From a virus: a stretch of 42,412 nt of DNA. Made by a program: the position numbers and the translations under genes. Shown piece by piece: positions 40,543 through 42,412 of the stretch (within the stretch, counting starts at the first letter, position 1; every line of letters begins with the position of its first letter). Under the pieces are notes generated by a model. It did no database searches and was not told the DNA's origin. It saw nothing but the letters and a program-made list of their open reading frames with translations. Location of the stretch: positions 1-42,412 of the IMG/VR virus record IMGVR_UViG_3300009609_000018, one strand, 5' to 3'.

Positions 40543-41962
40543 CTATCGCCCGAATAAGAACGTACAGCTTCCCAATAACTGGTTCCCAATGGCCCACCAG
40601 AGGGAATTCTTCGACTACCTGTTTGAAGACGGTAAATTCCCGGAGAAGAAACGTGCGTTTCTCACATGGCATCGACGGGCAGGTAAGGACTCCTGTTCTA
40701 TTAACGGATTGGCAATCGCGTCGCAGCTACGGACAGGTACATATTGGCATCTTCTTCCCACCCTTAACCAAGGCCGGAAAGTCGTCTGGAACGGCGTGGA
40801 TTCGTCTGGCCGCCGCATTATCCACCAAGCATTCCCGAAAGAACTCATCGAGGTATCCAATGAAAATGAAATGAACCTACGGCTTAAGGGGGGTAGTTAT
40901 TACCAAGTAGTGGGCAGTGATAACTACAACTCCCTTGTAGGCTCCAATCCCGTAGGTGTCATTTTCTCGGAATGGGCGCTTTCGGACCCCGCTGCATGGG
41001 ACTTCGTTCGTCCCATTTTGCTGGAAAATAAAGGGTTCGCTGCATTCATTACCACGCCCCGAGGAAAGAATCATGCGTACAAGCAATGGAAGACGGCACG
41101 GAAGCCCGGTTCTAATTGGTTTACGAGCACGAAAACGATTCGTGATACTTTCCGCAATAACGGTGAGCGCATCATTACAGAAGCGGATATCCAATCGGAG
41201 CGCGATGAGGGTGTTGCCGACGAGATTATCGAACAAGAGTATTACTGTTCATGGGAAGGCATTAATTTCGGTAGCATATTCGGACGGCAACTTGGTAAGT
41301 GCGAAAATCAGCAGATCGACTATGACGAACCATTCATCCCTGATCTTCCGGTATTCTCGGCGTGGGATTTGGGTCACTCGGACGCCACTGCAATCTGGTT
41401 TTACCAGATAGTAAATGGTGAGGTCCATATAGTCCACTTTCTGGAAGGCACTGGACGGGATGCAGACGATTGGCTGGATGAGCTAGAAACACTGCCCTAC
41501 GCTTTGGGAACTCCGGCCCTCCCCCATGATGCCAAAAACAAGACCTTTGCTACTAAGCTTTCTGCCCGTGAAAGATTTATCCATAGGGGTCTTACTCCCT
41601 ACATTGTCCCAAATATGTCCGTCGCTATGGGCATACAGGCGGCACGTGCATTAATCCCCTCAGTATGGTTTAATACCGCCAGTAAGGCGGTCGAAAAGGG
41701 GTTGGAACACCTAGAAGCCTACCATTATGAATGGGACGAAGAGGCTAAGGTATTCAGCACTACGCCTGAGCATGACGAACACTCCCACCCGGCAGACGCC
41801 TTTAGAATGCTGGCGCTTTCCAAGAATGTAACCGAACAGTGTAACAAAACCCGTCGTACTACGCAATCCTCCCCCAAGTATTTCAACACCCCCCTAGGTC
41901 GCGCACTGAACCTAGAAAACCTCTGGCAAGACCGCAAGGATCGCAATAACCGGAGAGTCTAA
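40535..41962 (+). CDS. terL: Terminase large subunit
   Basis: Walker A-like WHRRAGKDS, Walker B-like VGVIFSEWA, and the nuclease motif AWDLGHSDATAIWF. Its size and its position before the portal fit the call. Confidence 0.85.
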   Translation: MRDYRPNKNVQLPNNWFPMAHQREFFDYLFEDGKFPEKKRAFLTWHRRAGKDSCSINGLAIASQLRTGTYWHLLPTLNQGRKVVWNGVDSSGRRIIHQAFPKELIEVSNENEMNLRLKGGSYYQVVGSDNYNSLVGSNPVGVIFSEWALSDPAAWDFVRPILLENKGFAAFITTPRGKNHAYKQWKTARKPGSNWFTSTKTIRDTFRNNGERIITEADIQSERDEGVADEIIEQEYYCSWEGINFGSIFGRQLGKCENQQIDYDEPFIPDLPVFSAWDLGHSDATAIWFYQIVNGEVHIVHFLEGTGRDADDWLDELETLPYALGTPALPHDAKNKTFATKLSARERFIHRGLTPYIVPNMSVAMGIQAARALIPSVWFNTASKAVEKGLEHLEAYHYEWDEEAKVFSTTPEHDEHSHPADAFRMLALSKNVTEQCNKTRRTTQSSPKYFNTPLGRALNLENLWQDRKDRNNRRV

Positions 41963-41963
41963 A

Positions 41964-42412
41964 ATGGCTGATAAGCAGCAAGAGAAAAACCCTTGGCCGA
42001 CTAGACTCAATTCGTGGAACGAGTTTAGCCGCAAATTCCATGAGCGGGGCTGCAAGATAGAATCACGCTACGAAGACGACCGGGAAGCGATGGGACAAGA
42101 TGACCCATCTTCCCTAGGTGGGCAGTATAAGCGTGTGAACCTGTTTTATAGTAACACTACAATCCTTAAAGAAAGCCTCTATAACAGTCTTCCAAAGCCC
42201 GACGTGTCGCGCCTGCATAAAGGCGAGTTCGATAACGACCCCTCTCGCGTCGCGGCATTAATCGTACAGCGCGGACTCACATACGAAGTCCATTGCGCCA
42301 AGTATTTTGATGAAGGAATGAAGTCTGCCATTCTGGATAGGCTGGTCCCCGGCATGGGTACTGTATGGATGACGTTTAAGCCGCCCGAAGAGGGCAAGCC
42401 GGAAGAGGTTGC
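41964..42412 (+). CDS. Portal protein, 5' part (continues at window position 124 via the terminal overlap)
   Basis: GGAGAG RBS. The frame is open to the window end and in frame with ORF 29..1750 ((42318-41964) is divisible by 3). Confidence 0.85.
   Translation, partial: MADKQQEKNPWPTRLNSWNEFSRKFHERGCKIESRYEDDREAMGQDDPSSLGGQYKRVNLFYSNTTILKESLYNSLPKPDVSRLHKGEFDNDPSRVAALIVQRGLTYEVHCAKYFDEGMKSAILDRLVPGMGTVWMTFKPPEEGKPEEV
42290..42412. repeat. Terminal overlap copy 2 (identical to 1-123)
   Basis: Base-by-base comparison. Confidence 0.95.

Noticed and set aside
1-42412. Search for tRNA/tmRNA genes, integrase/excisionase, CI/Cro-type repressors, toxin-antitoxin pairs and known defence systems
   Set aside because: No T-arm or anticodon-arm pattern was seen. 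No tyrosine or serine recombinase motifs and no obvious HTH repressor were seen in any frame. Absence by eye is not proof, and tRNAscan and HMM searches should confirm it.

Overview
The window is a complete, circularly closed dsDNA phage genome. Bases 1-123 are identical to 42290-42412, so the unique length is 42,289 bp. The join falls inside the portal gene and the reading frame stays open across it.

There are two transcription blocks. The plus-strand block runs 39677 -> window end -> 21356 and carries packaging and virion genes in a P22/epsilon15-like podovirus order:
- terS, terL and a 691-aa portal
- scaffold and major capsid
- a 1307-aa repeat/lectin-like protein
- adaptor-like and nozzle-like proteins
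- a Gln-rich protein with an S74 chaperone-like end
- a lytic-transglycosylase internal protein and an Ala-rich internal protein
- a 981-aa tail fibre with an S74 chaperone end

The minus-strand block runs 38863 -> 21540 and holds, in order:
- about 20 tightly coupled small early ORFs, including a DUF932-like gene
- a replication module: SNF2 helicase, family-A DNA polymerase, prim-pol/SF3 helicase and VRR-NUC nuclease
- a self-contained cassette for two secreted proteins
- three small accessory genes

The blocks diverge at an ~800-bp non-coding control region (38864-39676) and converge on a bidirectional hairpin (21372-21402). I found no tRNA, CRISPR array, integrase, reverse transcriptase or recognisable endolysin.

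The most unusual content is:
- a six-fold 129-aa domain array with a paralogous single-domain gene after the tail fibre
- the promoter-to-terminator secreted-protein cassette with a curlin-like product
- a MITE-like insertion with 16-bp inverted repeats and 8-bp flanking direct repeats
- a second S74 chaperone-like domain on a non-fibre protein
- the iteron and palindrome architecture of the control region, including an all-frame stop palindrome

All functional calls come from motif recognition by eye. No database search was run.
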